45,792 nt of DNA from Candidatus Uhrbacteria bacterium (GCA_043808565.1 JAZDEQ010000067.1:1-45792), one strand, 5' to 3'; counted from the first letter of the stretch, positions 17,989 through 26,850 are shown. The notes: generated from the letters alone by a model not told the origin. Made by a program: numbers and translations.

Positions 17989-18062
17989 ACAAGTGATTTA
18001 AAATAATCCAACCAACAAAAAAACAATCAAGGCAATCCTTTAATCAAGGGAATCAAGGTTAT

Positions 18063-19034
18063 ATGTACGACATCATCACCATCGGCGCGGCCACTCGCGA
18101 TGTTTTTCTTCTTTCCGATAAATTTACTTTTATCCACTCGCGGGAATTTGAAACCGGGATTGGCGAGTGCGTATCTTTTGGCACTAAACTAGAGGTTGAT
18201 AAGGTGGTTTTTACCACTGGCGGTGGCGCTACTAATGCGGCCGCGACTTTTGCTAATTTGGGTTATGACACGGCCGTTTGGTGTCGAGTTGGCAATGATG
18301 CCGCTGGCCATGAAATTCATAATGATCTTCGGGTTTATAAAATAAAAACCGCTTTAGTCCAAAAAGTTAAAAATGGGGCCTCGGCTTATTCCACTCTTTT
18401 AACCGCGGCCAATGGTGAGCGTACAGCTTTGGTTCTTCGCGGCGTCTCGTCGGCTTTTTCGGAAAAAGAAATTTCTTGGGGTAAACTAAAAACTCACGTT
18501 ATTTATTTAACTTCATTGGGTGGAAATCTGGTTTTATCAAAAAAAATAATTGAAAAACAAAAAACGGCCGGAAACTTTGTGGCTTGGAATCCTGGTAAAA
18601 GTGAATTACTCAAAGGTTTAAAAAACTTTCGTTCGATTTTACCAAAAGTTGACGTTTTAATTATCAATCACGAAGAAGCCGAACTTTTAACCAGTAAAAA
18701 AGACTTAAAAGAGATGTTTAAATTATTGGCTCGATCAAATGGTGTCACGATTATTACTGACGGGGCCAAAGGCGCCTACGCCGAAAAAGAAAATAAAATT
18801 TTCGTGGCCACCACAACCGGCGTTCGTTCGGTTTCGCGCACTGGCGCCGGCGACTCGTTTGGTTCTGGAGTGGTGGCCGGTCTTCTTAAATACGATGATT
18901 TAAAAAAAGCTTTAGCCGTCGGCATGATCAACGCCGAAGCCGTTATCCAAAAAATCGGCGCCAAGGCCGGCCTATTAAAAACTTGGCCAAGTGAAAAACA
19001 AATGAGTAAAATTAAAATTTCTTTATTAAAATAG
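18063..19034 (+). CDS. PfkB-family carbohydrate kinase
   Basis: 323 aa with GGGATNAAATFANLG near the N-terminus and TGAGDSFGSG near the C-terminus. Confidence 0.8.
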   Translation: MYDIITIGAATRDVFLLSDKFTFIHSREFETGIGECVSFGTKLEVDKVVFTTGGGATNAAATFANLGYDTAVWCRVGNDAAGHEIHNDLRVYKIKTALVQKVKNGASAYSTLLTAANGERTALVLRGVSSAFSEKEISWGKLKTHVIYLTSLGGNLVLSKKIIEKQKTAGNFVAWNPGKSELLKGLKNFRSILPKVDVLIINHEEAELLTSKKDLKEMFKLLARSNGVTIITDGAKGAYAEKENKIFVATTTGVRSVSRTGAGDSFGSGVVAGLLKYDDLKKALAVGMINAEAVIQKIGAKAGLLKTWPSEKQMSKIKISLLK

Positions 19035-19304
19035 CATTATGAAAAGCGAAGCTTGGTCTCAAATAATAAGCGAAACGGTTGGAAGGCTCTGGAAAACCAA
19101 AGAACCTCTAAAAACCGAGGTTTTACCCTCACGGGAAGAAGAATCCTCTCGAGAAAAATTGCTCCAAAAAGAATTTGCTGGCGCGGTTTTAAAATGGATA
19201 AAAAAACTCGAAGTTGAATTAGAAAAAAGAAAACCAAAAATGTCTACCTCGAGACGTCTGGGTTCAATTTTTGGGCCAGTGGTTTTATTTACAACAGTTG
19301 TTGG

Positions 19305-19934
19305 GTGTGGCGACCTAAAAAAATTGATTGTTCAACAAGTGAATCAGAATTAATTCAAGCTTCGATAGATTGGATCAATGACCACCCAGAAGAAATCGAG
19401 GCACAAATGGCTGAACTTTGGCCTAATCAATCAATAACCGCCGAAGAAATAATCGACTCTATGCAGGCGGCAAAAATTGCTTGCGGCCAAGAACGCGGCC
19501 AACAAAGCACAATAGCTGGTGAGGCCCGTTTGTTAACCGACACAATAATAATAGACGTGGGTGAAAAGGCGTTTCAAAATCTTTTAGATAAATATGAAAC
19601 CAATCAATGGGTTGAAGGCGCAAACTTAAATGAAGCTATCGAGCAATGCGACAATGCCGAAGAACGTCAAGAAACCGACGATGGAATTAGAGAATATTAC
19701 GAGGCTGTGTCTTATGTTTCCGACAAGATCGCTCACGAGGCTGTTCATTTGGTAGTCGGCGGGCACACTAAAGAAAACGAAAAATTGGCCAAAGAATTAG
19801 CCAGTAAAGCAAGAAGCGGAGATTATGAGGCCAATCAACAATTACAAACCTTGGATGAAATTTACGCTTGGGGTACAGCCGCTGAACGAGCCGTTAAACA
19901 AGACGGTAATGAAGCCCGAGGATTTAATTATTAA
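19305..19934 (+). CDS. Hypothetical HExxH protein, possibly the body of a frameshifted lipoprotein
   Basis: 209-aa ORF containing AHEAVHLVVGGH (HExxH). The upstream overlapping frame (ATG at 19240) encodes MSTSRRLGSIFGPVVLFTTVVGC, a lipobox-like signal. It leaves this frame at an A7 run (19317..19323). Confidence 0.5.
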   Translation: MWRPKKIDCSTSESELIQASIDWINDHPEEIEAQMAELWPNQSITAEEIIDSMQAAKIACGQERGQQSTIAGEARLLTDTIIIDVGEKAFQNLLDKYETNQWVEGANLNEAIEQCDNAEERQETDDGIREYYEAVSYVSDKIAHEAVHLVVGGHTKENEKLAKELASKARSGDYEANQQLQTLDEIYAWGTAAERAVKQDGNEARGFNY

Positions 19935-19964
19935 TCGTGAACTTGATAACTCTAAAATAAAAAT

Positions 19965-20957
19965 ATGAATTATAAAATTTTTATCACTCGCGATATTCCT
20001 GATGAAGGCATCAAAATGTTACGTAAATTAAAAAATATTTCCTTAGATATTTATCCGGGTGTCCAAGCTATTCCACGTAAAGAACTTTTAAAACGGGTTA
20101 AGGGCGTGGATATTATTTTACCGATTCTTACAGAAAAAATTGATAAGGAAGTTATGGAAGCGGCCGGATCACAGTTGAAAATGATTGCCAATTATAACGT
20201 CGGCTTTGATAACATTGATTTAAAAGAAGCCAAACGTCGCAGTCTCGTCGTTACCAACGCGCCACATCCAAATGTTTCCGAAACCGTAGCCGAACACGCC
20301 ATTGCTTTAATTTTTGCTCTCACTCACCGAATCCCCGAAGCTGATCGTTTTGCTCGAGCCGGCCGTTATGAAGGCTGGGGACCAAAAATGATGCTCGGCA
20401 CTGACCTTTGGAAAAAAACCGTTGGTGTTATTGGAGCTGGCCGTATCGGCGGCGCGGTTCTGCGTCGTTTGCGCGATGGCTTTGAAGTTAAAGTTATTTA
20501 CAATGATGTTAAACGCAATCCTGATTTTGAAAAAGCCACTGGTGCCAAATTCCGTACCAAAGATCAACTCCTTAAAGAAGCCGACTTCGTTTCCCTCCAC
20601 GTCCCTCTTTGCCCAGCTACTCATCACCTAATCAGTACCCGCGAATTAAAACTCATGAAAAAAACCGCTTTCCTTGTTAACACGGCTCGTGGTCCAATCG
20701 TTGATGAAAAAGCTTTGCTTAAAGCCCTAACGGCCGGAGAAATCGCCGGGGCTGGTCTTGATGTTTATGAATGTGAACCACTAATCGATTGCGATCCACG
20801 CGACAACCTTGAGCTTCGCAAAATGGAAAACGTGGTTTTAACTCCTCACACTGCCTCGGCCACCATCGAAGCCCGCCAAGCCATGAGCCGAGTGGCCGCG
20901 GAAAATATTATAGCTTTTATTAAGGGCAAAACTCCACCAAATGTCTGCTTGGGATAA
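19965..20957 (+). CDS. D-isomer-specific 2-hydroxyacid dehydrogenase (glyoxylate/hydroxypyruvate reductase-like)
   Basis: 330 aa with the NAD motif VGVIGAGRIGGAV, plus LVNTARGPIVDE and the catalytic-region pattern TPHTASAT. Confidence 0.82.
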   Translation: MNYKIFITRDIPDEGIKMLRKLKNISLDIYPGVQAIPRKELLKRVKGVDIILPILTEKIDKEVMEAAGSQLKMIANYNVGFDNIDLKEAKRRSLVVTNAPHPNVSETVAEHAIALIFALTHRIPEADRFARAGRYEGWGPKMMLGTDLWKKTVGVIGAGRIGGAVLRRLRDGFEVKVIYNDVKRNPDFEKATGAKFRTKDQLLKEADFVSLHVPLCPATHHLISTRELKLMKKTAFLVNTARGPIVDEKALLKALTAGEIAGAGLDVYECEPLIDCDPRDNLELRKMENVVLTPHTASATIEARQAMSRVAAENIIAFIKGKTPPNVCLG

Positions 20958-21004
20958 GTTCCTTGAGTTTTTCTTAAAAATCAGGTTAAATATACAGGTA
21001 ATTT

Positions 21005-21382
21005 ATGCATAAAAAACTCCTTTTTCCGATTATTATCGCTTTGGCCGCCATCGCGGTTATTGGCCTTTTTGTTTTCCTAATTAAAGCCAAAAACGCTCCA
21101 CCACCCGATAGCACCATGATTTTCTTTTATCGAGATGATTGTCCACATTGTAAAAACGTTGAAGATTTTTTTGCGGCCAATAATGTCGAAAACCAAATCG
21201 CTTTTGAAAAACGCGAAGTTCGTAATTCTCCAGCTAATGCCAAATTACTGAGTGATCGCTTTACCAGGTGCAATATCACTGATCCCAAACAAATGGGCGT
21301 GCCACTTTTCTGGGATGGCTCAACTTGCTTTAGTGGCGATCAACCGATCATTGATTATTTTAAAACAAAGCTAGGAATTTAA
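21005..21382 (+). CDS. Membrane-anchored thioredoxin/glutaredoxin-like protein (CPHC)
   Basis: 125 aa with an N-terminal TM helix followed by FFYRDDCPHCKNVE. Confidence 0.6.
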   Translation: MHKKLLFPIIIALAAIAVIGLFVFLIKAKNAPPPDSTMIFFYRDDCPHCKNVEDFFAANNVENQIAFEKREVRNSPANAKLLSDRFTRCNITDPKQMGVPLFWDGSTCFSGDQPIIDYFKTKLGI

Positions 21383-21384
21383 TT

Positions 21385-21906
21385 ATGAGACGTTTTATCC
21401 AATCTGCCACTGCCGTATCGGCCGCTTCTTTTGCTGGTGAGTTTTTTATCATTGGTAAGGCCGAGGCTTTTTGTCCGGTTTGTACGGTGGCCGCGGCTGG
21501 TGGTGTTGGTTTAGCTCGCTGGCTAGGCATTGACGACACGATTACTGGTCTTTGGATCGGCGCCTTGCTTGTCTCAATTACTTTTTGGACAGCCAATTGG
21601 TTGAAAAAGAAAAATCTTAAATTTCCGGGTCTGGTCTTGTGCTCTGGCCTTTTTTATATTCTGATTACAGTTGTCCCGCTTTATTTCACCGGCGTCATGG
21701 GTCATCCTTGGAATCAAATTTGGGGCATCGATAAACTGGCCGCCGGCATGATCGTTGGCGCCGTCTTTTTCTATGCCGCCGAAAAACTTTATCTATTTCT
21801 AAAAAAGAAAAATAATAATCACGCTCACTTCCCTTTTGAAAAAGTTGTCTTACCTGTAATAACTTTGATTATTTTAAGTGGGGTCTTTTATTTTTTAATT
21901 AAATAA
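21385..21906 (+). CDS. Integral membrane protein with a CPVC motif
   Basis: 173 aa with four or more hydrophobic segments and CPVCTVAAAGG near the N-terminus. It starts immediately after the thioredoxin-like gene, suggesting a possible redox pair. Confidence 0.5.
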   Translation: MRRFIQSATAVSAASFAGEFFIIGKAEAFCPVCTVAAAGGVGLARWLGIDDTITGLWIGALLVSITFWTANWLKKKNLKFPGLVLCSGLFYILITVVPLYFTGVMGHPWNQIWGIDKLAAGMIVGAVFFYAAEKLYLFLKKKNNNHAHFPFEKVVLPVITLIILSGVFYFLIK

Positions 21907-21914
21907 AATTCGCG

Positions 21915-21943
21915 TGCCCACCAAAGCCCGAGCGGCGGCGGGT
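21915..21943. repeat. Conserved hairpin repeat, copy B (degenerate: TGCCCACCAAAGCCCGAGCGGCGGCGGGT)
   Basis: Matches the TGCCC..AGCCC.AGCG..GGCGGGT family. It is intergenic and flanked by ATTCG/AATTCGTAAC words. Confidence 0.55.
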
Positions 21944-21956
21944 AATTCGTAACCAT

Positions 21957-22487
21957 ATGGAAAATATAATAAAAAATCTTAACGACCTGGTTTTAAAAGT
22001 CGATGCCATGAAAAAACAAGACAAACTTGATTTATCCAGCGATCAAGATTTAACCATTGCCATCATGAACTTAGTAAGTATTGAAGAACACTTCTTTTTT
22101 ACTGGGGCCAAAACTGGCAAAGCCGAATATTTTGATCTTTTACAGGAGGTCCGCAAAATGCGCGGTGATTTGTTGCGAAAAATTGTCAAAAATCCAGAAG
22201 GCGAAGAATGGTGTATTTCCAAACATCTTTTAGCCGCCTCAATGCGCGTCATGGAAGTGGCCACCAAACAGCAAGGTATGGGCAATAAAGAAGAGGCTCA
22301 AGAACTTTTTCAAAAAGCCTTTGACATCTATTCCCTTTTTTGGGGCATTAACATGAAGGTAATTGATACGGAAAATATCAAAAAAATTGACGATAACGCT
22401 TTGAACAATAAAGATGAAGAAAAAAAAGGTTTTATGGGTAAGCTTGGGGCCTTGGTTAAAAAGGCGGTGGATTGTTGTATTGAATAG
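21957..22487 (+). CDS. Hypothetical protein
   Basis: 176-aa ORF with host-like composition and no motif I recognise. A bidirectional terminator follows at about 22600..22630 (AAAACCGGCCTTGAGCCGGTTTTT). Confidence 0.5.
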   Translation: MENIIKNLNDLVLKVDAMKKQDKLDLSSDQDLTIAIMNLVSIEEHFFFTGAKTGKAEYFDLLQEVRKMRGDLLRKIVKNPEGEEWCISKHLLAASMRVMEVATKQQGMGNKEEAQELFQKAFDIYSLFWGINMKVIDTENIKKIDDNALNNKDEEKKGFMGKLGALVKKAVDCCIE

Positions 22488-22636
22488 AAAAAGTATGCGA
22501 CGAAGATGGAAAAAGCTAATCGACTTTATAAAAATTAAAAAAGATGGGATAAAAATTGATGAATTATTATCTTATTTAAAAAATGTTAAAAAAACGAATT
22601 CAAAAACCGGCCTTGAGCCGGTTTTTGATTAAAACT

Positions 22637-23239
22637 TTATATCTTTGGTGGTGTCTCATTGGCTTTAACCCTCTTTTTTGCTCCTAAAGCCCCAAGAGAT
22701 CTTCTTAGTGTCTCCTGTCTCTGTTTGGTGGCATCCTCTTGCAACTTGACTATTCCCTGAAGTCTGGCAGCTTCATGTAGTTTTACTATGGCTTCTTGAA
22801 GACAGCTGAATTTTTCAAAAGGCTCGGCCTCGCTCATTTGAACACAGCCGGAAATTTTAGTACAAACTTCGGGTGAAAAACGCACATCTTTCTTAATTCT
22901 TGAATCAATAAACCGACTTAAAAAACGAACAACCTCCTTAACCCTCTCAATAACCGCCGGAAGATCTATGTCTTTTAAAGCCCCTGGCGACACGGCTAAA
23001 ATATCAATAATTTCTTTGGCTATTTTTTCTCCCAACACTAATCTCACGGTTTTTTCTTTTGTTCCATTAGCTTCTGCTTCAGTTCTTTCAATTGCCGTGT
23101 TTGGAATTTCTTTAAAAATTTCGACCAACAAATCTCGAAATAAACCTATTTCTCTTTGAAGACGCAGCAGGGTTTTTCTTTGTTCTCGAGAACTCGAAAA
23201 ATCAAGCAAAAACTCTCTGGTCCTATGTCCGTCAAGCAT
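22637..23239 (-). CDS. Hypothetical protein
   Basis: 200-aa ORF predicted to be helical, with no recognisable motif. Confidence 0.45.
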   Translation of the reverse strand: MLDGHRTREFLLDFSSSREQRKTLLRLQREIGLFRDLLVEIFKEIPNTAIERTEAEANGTKEKTVRLVLGEKIAKEIIDILAVSPGALKDIDLPAVIERVKEVVRFLSRFIDSRIKKDVRFSPEVCTKISGCVQMSEAEPFEKFSCLQEAIVKLHEAARLQGIVKLQEDATKQRQETLRRSLGALGAKKRVKANETPPKI

Positions 23240-23411
23240 ATTTTATAAAGATAAGACTTGGTTTAAAAGTTAAGTTCGTTTTGTAATTTAAGAAAAAAAC
23301 TCAACGTCTTTGCTCAACTTCAGTTTAAAAAGAAGAAACTCTTTTTATTTCTGTTCCATCAAACGGTATCGATGGTCTAGCTTCGAATTCTTGCCGCATA
23401 AAACATAAACC

Positions 23412-23487
23412 GTGGTGGACTGATGGGGATTCGAACCCCAGACCCCCGCCTTGCAAAGGCGGTGCTCTACCAACTGAGCTATCAGCC
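23412..23487 (-). tRNA. tRNA-Ala (anticodon UGC), CCA encoded
   Basis: The reverse complement GGGCTGATAGCTCAGTTGGTAGAGCACCGCCTTTGCAAGGCGGGGGTCTGGGGTTCGAATCCCCATCAGTCCACCA folds as a 76-nt cloverleaf (7/4/5/5 stems). The anticodon loop is TTTGCAA, the G3:U70 Ala identity pair is present, and the T-loop is TTCGAAT. Confidence 0.95.
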
Positions 23488-23671
23488 CGTTTTTTTTTGG
23501 AAATTCGAAATTCGAAAATTAGTTTTGACTAATTTTTTAAAATCGAATTCACTCAAAAAGTATAGGGAAAAAAAATGATTTAGTCAAAAAAAACGAAAAG
23601 CGCGCTTAGGAAATTGTACCCCAAACGCGCCGATGATGATCCCGGCTTGGCCCCCCCTTTTTTTCTCTGCT

Positions 23672-24946
23672 TCATACTGCAGACCAGGCTGGGATGTAGC
23701 TCCAACGCACCGTCGTTGGACCCCTACTTACCTCTTCGAGGTTCTCGGTGATCCAGATAAACTTCCGGATCAAACCGATGGTCTCGGCCGACAGGGGGTC
23801 GGCTTCACGCCACCGACTGTCGGCGTGGGCTTCAAGAGCCCGCGACACCGTGTCAACGTTGGTGTTATGAGTAGCCACCAACACTTTCTGCCGCCAAGCT
23901 TCGTTCTTGATTCTTGAACGAGCTTTAGACGACAGTCTTGACTCGTTGTAATCTAAGTTGAGCAAGATCAATTTGAACGCCGAGACAAGTTCGGCACGTC
24001 CGTGGTTGGCATTATCCGACAAGCTGGCTGTCGGATATTCAACCCGCAGACCCTGATAGGTCTTTGGCATAACCTGACCGGCGCCGTAAGCGCCGCCCGG
24101 ACTTCCGGTTACGAGAACCGCTGGATTGGCGGCGATCTTCTCAAGCAAACCCGTCATGCAACCACGTTGTTCGACCACTGTCTTCCGACTGTCGAACGGA
24201 CTGCAGGTGAATGGCTGCTCGGCCAAGACGATCAGAACCGAAAGCTCGATATTCTCCTCACTGACCACCAGCTCGCCCGGGCGAGCCTTCGACGGAACGC
24301 CACGCTGGCGTAGATCGTCAGCAGCACCAACCGCGGCCCCCCGGAGAATTTCGAGTCCGGCTTGGGCTCTGGTGGTTTGGGCGGTGGAGATGACGGTAGC
24401 GGCCGTGGCCTCCTTCATTGGTGGAACGGGAACGGCAACTTTCGCCGCGCTCGTCCTATTCGGTTTCGATGATTCTTCGTCGAACACCTTTTCAATGTCA
24501 GTGCGCCCAAGGAGAAAAATCAGCGCCTCCCGAGCGCAGACTGAAAAAAAGAGGTTGGCGATCATGACGGCAACCACGCCGGTTCGAAGAACGCTCTGTC
24601 CTGGCGTCGCTGGCTTTTCTTCTTCGGAGACGTGTGTCTTGCGATTGGTCCACATAGCACCCCAAAGGAAAATTTGCCGACCAAGCGCCAAGACAGCTCC
24701 GAAACCACCAACATAAATAAGTGCTTCGATGGCGAATAGCATCGCCGCGACTACAGACTTTTCCCAACCGACCAGCCCAAAGAAGACACCGCTTCTCCAA
24801 ACAAAATCGGCCGAAAAGTAACCGCAGATCGCGGCCGCCGTCACGGTCATGACCACAACGGCCCATTTTCCCTTCAGTACTCTTTCCACATTCACCTCCA
24901 ACATCAGCTGTGAAGGGTTGGTTTTACTGCGACCGAGGTTGGCCAA
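23672..24946 (-). CDS. GC-rich membrane protein with a possible lytic-transglycosylase-like segment
   Basis: 424-aa ORF with a TTG start (internal ATGs are possible). It has three or more N-terminal hydrophobic segments. The C-terminal half contains GSPGGAYGAGQVMPKTYQ, reminiscent of the SLT GLMQ(I/V)MPxT motif. Its composition is far more GC-rich than its neighbours. Confidence 0.55.
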   Translation of the reverse strand: MANLGRSKTNPSQLMLEVNVERVLKGKWAVVVMTVTAAAICGYFSADFVWRSGVFFGLVGWEKSVVAAMLFAIEALIYVGGFGAVLALGRQIFLWGAMWTNRKTHVSEEEKPATPGQSVLRTGVVAVMIANLFFSVCAREALIFLLGRTDIEKVFDEESSKPNRTSAAKVAVPVPPMKEATAATVISTAQTTRAQAGLEILRGAAVGAADDLRQRGVPSKARPGELVVSEENIELSVLIVLAEQPFTCSPFDSRKTVVEQRGCMTGLLEKIAANPAVLVTGSPGGAYGAGQVMPKTYQGLRVEYPTASLSDNANHGRAELVSAFKLILLNLDYNESRLSSKARSRIKNEAWRQKVLVATHNTNVDTVSRALEAHADSRWREADPLSAETIGLIRKFIWITENLEEVSRGPTTVRWSYIPAWSAV

Positions 24947-25117
24947 CAGCTGATAAAGATAGTCGATAAATTGTTTTGTGTCAACAGTTTTCTGGTCAAA
25001 TTAGCAAAAATACGTTAAAATATGGCTAAATTATTTATCTGTTACGAATTACGAATCTTGCCGAAATCACGAATCAACGAATATTCGTGACCAATTCGTG
25101 GATTCGTGATTTCGCTG

Positions 25118-25147
25118 TGCCCGTCCGAAGCCCTAGCGGAGGCGGGT
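25118..25147. repeat. Conserved hairpin repeat, copy C (TGCCCGTCCGAAGCCCTAGCGGAGGCGGGT)
   Basis: A family member embedded in ACGAAT-word palindromes. GAAATCACGAATC and GATTCGTGATTTC are exact inverted repeats within 25064..25113. Confidence 0.65.
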
Positions 25148-25176
25148 TCAACAATTCGTTGATTCGTAACAAAATT

Positions 25177-26523
25177 ATGCTTCTTCGCCATCAAAAAATT
25201 CTACCGATTGTTTTTTCGTGTTTAGTTATCTTCTTGATCATCGGCCAGCCAGCCAAGGCCCATTCCGAAGCTCTTACGGTTTCCACTCTTAATTCTGACG
25301 GCACAAAAATCTCGTCTTTTGCCATCTCAACAGCCAATTTGGCTGGCGGCGCGTCTTTGGTCGTGGCTGATCTAGGAACCGATGGTGTGCCAGAAATAAT
25401 TATTGGCAATGGTTTGGGTAATGAACCGCGAGTTCGGGTTTACCGACAAGATGGTTCTGAAGTTGGTAGTTTTCTCGCTTATACGGCTGACATGGGCACT
25501 GGCATTACCCTTACTGCCTGCGATGTAAATCATGACGGTTTAAATGAGATCATCACTGGCACTCAATACGGTGGCGGACCACACATTCGAACTTTTGATA
25601 ATCTTGGTAATGTTCTCAATCAAGGTTTTTTTGCTTACAACCAAGCTTTTACCGGTGGTGTAAATCTTGCCTGTGGCGATGTGGATAATGATGGCGCCAA
25701 CGAACTTATTACCGGCGCTGGACCAAGCGGCGGTCCACACGTTCGTGTTTGGTCCTTTGATAATAAAAATTGGAACTTAGAAAAAGAATTTTTTGCTTTT
25801 GATACTGGTGATCGCTCGGGGATAATTCCTTTTGTTAAAAAAGATAACTCATTAATTATAATTTCTGAAAAAGGCGCAGTAATAAATTTTGTTGAATATA
25901 ATTTTCAATTAGAAAAAGAAAAGTTATCCACAGTTTCTTCTGATGCGACCGGAGTTTTAAGTGTTAGTGAATTAAATAATGAAATTATTTTTTCACTCAA
26001 CAATAAAAAAATTATTGGTGAAACTGGCCAAGAAAAATTTTCTTTTGAAAGCGCTAGTGGCGGTTCAATAATTTTTGTCACTGATCTCGATAACAATGGC
26101 ACCGACGAAATCATTACAACTGAAGCTCGACCAATGTTTGGTCCGGACGGTGATAAATATATTTTAGTCGACCTTTCGGAACAACGTCTTTATGCTTATC
26201 AGGGTGGTAACTTGGCTAATACTTTTTTAATCTCTGCGGCTAAATATCCTTTCACTACACCAGTAGGAATTCATTCAGTTTTAGCCAAAAAACCTTATGT
26301 TGATTACACTTGGAATTATGGCGAAGGCAATCCAGATAACTATAGTTTGGGCATGACACCTTGGAACTTAAATTTTTACGGGCACTTTTATATTCACTAC
26401 GCTTATTGGCATAATAATTTTGGCCACCCCATGAGTCATGGCTGTGTGAATGTTAATCTAACCAACATGAAATGGGTTTACGACTGGGCCGAGGTCGGCA
26501 TACCTGTTGAAGTAAGAACCTAA
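25177..26523 (+). CDS. Secreted FG-GAP/VCBS-repeat protein with a C-terminal L,D-transpeptidase (YkuD) domain
   Basis: The start is taken at MLLRHQKILPIVFSCLVIFLIIGQPAKA (signal/anchor); the ORF track starts upstream within repeats. Repeats include DLGTDGVPEIIIGNG..PRVRVY, CDVNHDGLNEIITG..PHIRTF and GDVDNDGANELITG..PHVRVW. The catalytic motif is HPMSHGCVNV. Confidence 0.8.
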   Translation: MLLRHQKILPIVFSCLVIFLIIGQPAKAHSEALTVSTLNSDGTKISSFAISTANLAGGASLVVADLGTDGVPEIIIGNGLGNEPRVRVYRQDGSEVGSFLAYTADMGTGITLTACDVNHDGLNEIITGTQYGGGPHIRTFDNLGNVLNQGFFAYNQAFTGGVNLACGDVDNDGANELITGAGPSGGPHVRVWSFDNKNWNLEKEFFAFDTGDRSGIIPFVKKDNSLIIISEKGAVINFVEYNFQLEKEKLSTVSSDATGVLSVSELNNEIIFSLNNKKIIGETGQEKFSFESASGGSIIFVTDLDNNGTDEIITTEARPMFGPDGDKYILVDLSEQRLYAYQGGNLANTFLISAAKYPFTTPVGIHSVLAKKPYVDYTWNYGEGNPDNYSLGMTPWNLNFYGHFYIHYAYWHNNFGHPMSHGCVNVNLTNMKWVYDWAEVGIPVEVRT

Positions 26524-26610
26524 AAAAATATTTTACGTACGTCGGAAAAAATATTTGTTTCTGACGTACGTTTTTTTATTAAAAAAATATTTTTTATTCC
26601 ACAATAACCC

Positions 26611-26640
26611 TTGACAAAAATAAATTATCATTCACATAAT
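26611..26640 (+). promoter_or_regulatory. Sigma-70-like promoter (TTGACA-18-CATAAT)
   Basis: TTGACA lies at 26611..26616 and CATAAT at 26635..26640, upstream of the small Lys-rich ORF. Confidence 0.4.
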
Positions 26641-26710
26641 AAAAAAAATCTTGTATAATAAAGTTAAGTCGAATAAAAAATCTTTTTAATGAAGGGAGGT
26701 GATATACATT

Positions 26711-26791
26711 ATGGCAACCAAGAAAAAAGCTGTGAAAAAAGTCGCTAAGAAACCAGCTGCTAAGAAAGTCGCTAAAAAAAAGAAGAAATAA
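26711..26791 (+). CDS. 26-aa lysine-rich small basic protein
   Basis: MATKKKAVKKVAKKPAAKKVAKKKKK. It is preceded by a strong SD (GGGAGGTGA, about 9 nt upstream) and followed by the hairpin AAAATCCCGTGA..TCATGGGATTTTTT (about 26806..26840). Confidence 0.55.
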   Translation: MATKKKAVKKVAKKPAAKKVAKKKKK

Positions 26792-26850
26792 ATTTTCTTC
26801 CTAAAAAATCCCGTGACTCAATTGATCATGGGATTTTTTGTTGAATTATT

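Larger units (their letters stand above)
17453..17990. mobile_element. Palindromic cassette carrying a GxxExxY gene (12-bp perfect terminal inverted repeats)
   Basis: GTCTAAACCTTG (17453..17464) and CAAGGTTTAGAC (17979..17990) are exact reverse complements. The inner arms GATTTCCTTGATT and AATCAAGGGAATC are also inverted. The left arm contains the conserved hairpin at 17468..17495. The 21-bp right-arm tip TTAATCAAGGGAATCAAGGTT repeats at 18040..18060. Confidence 0.55.

Noticed and set aside
22414-22632. A 72-aa ORF overlapping the end of 21957..22487
   Set aside because: The translation is Lys/Arg-rich and low-complexity, and it runs through the bidirectional terminator at about 22600..22630.
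24002-24866. ORFs 24002..24313, 24126..24716 and 24498..24866, which overlap the 23672..24946 gene
   Set aside because: These are shadow ORFs typical of GC-rich DNA. They are Arg/Ala/Ser/Pro-rich low-complexity translations with no motifs.
23412-24950. The GC-rich island as a tRNA-targeted integrative element
   Set aside because: No integrase or direct repeat of the tRNA end was seen. The island also lies on the 5' side of the tRNA rather than the usual 3' side. It is kept only as a compositional anomaly.
26524-26541. A 17-nt identity (GTACGTAAAATATTTTT) between the terminator region after the L,D-transpeptidase gene and 23S rRNA at 44192..44210
   Set aside because: In an AT-rich 46-kb window a single 17-mer match is close to chance expectation, and the 23S copy lies in a normal variable helix.
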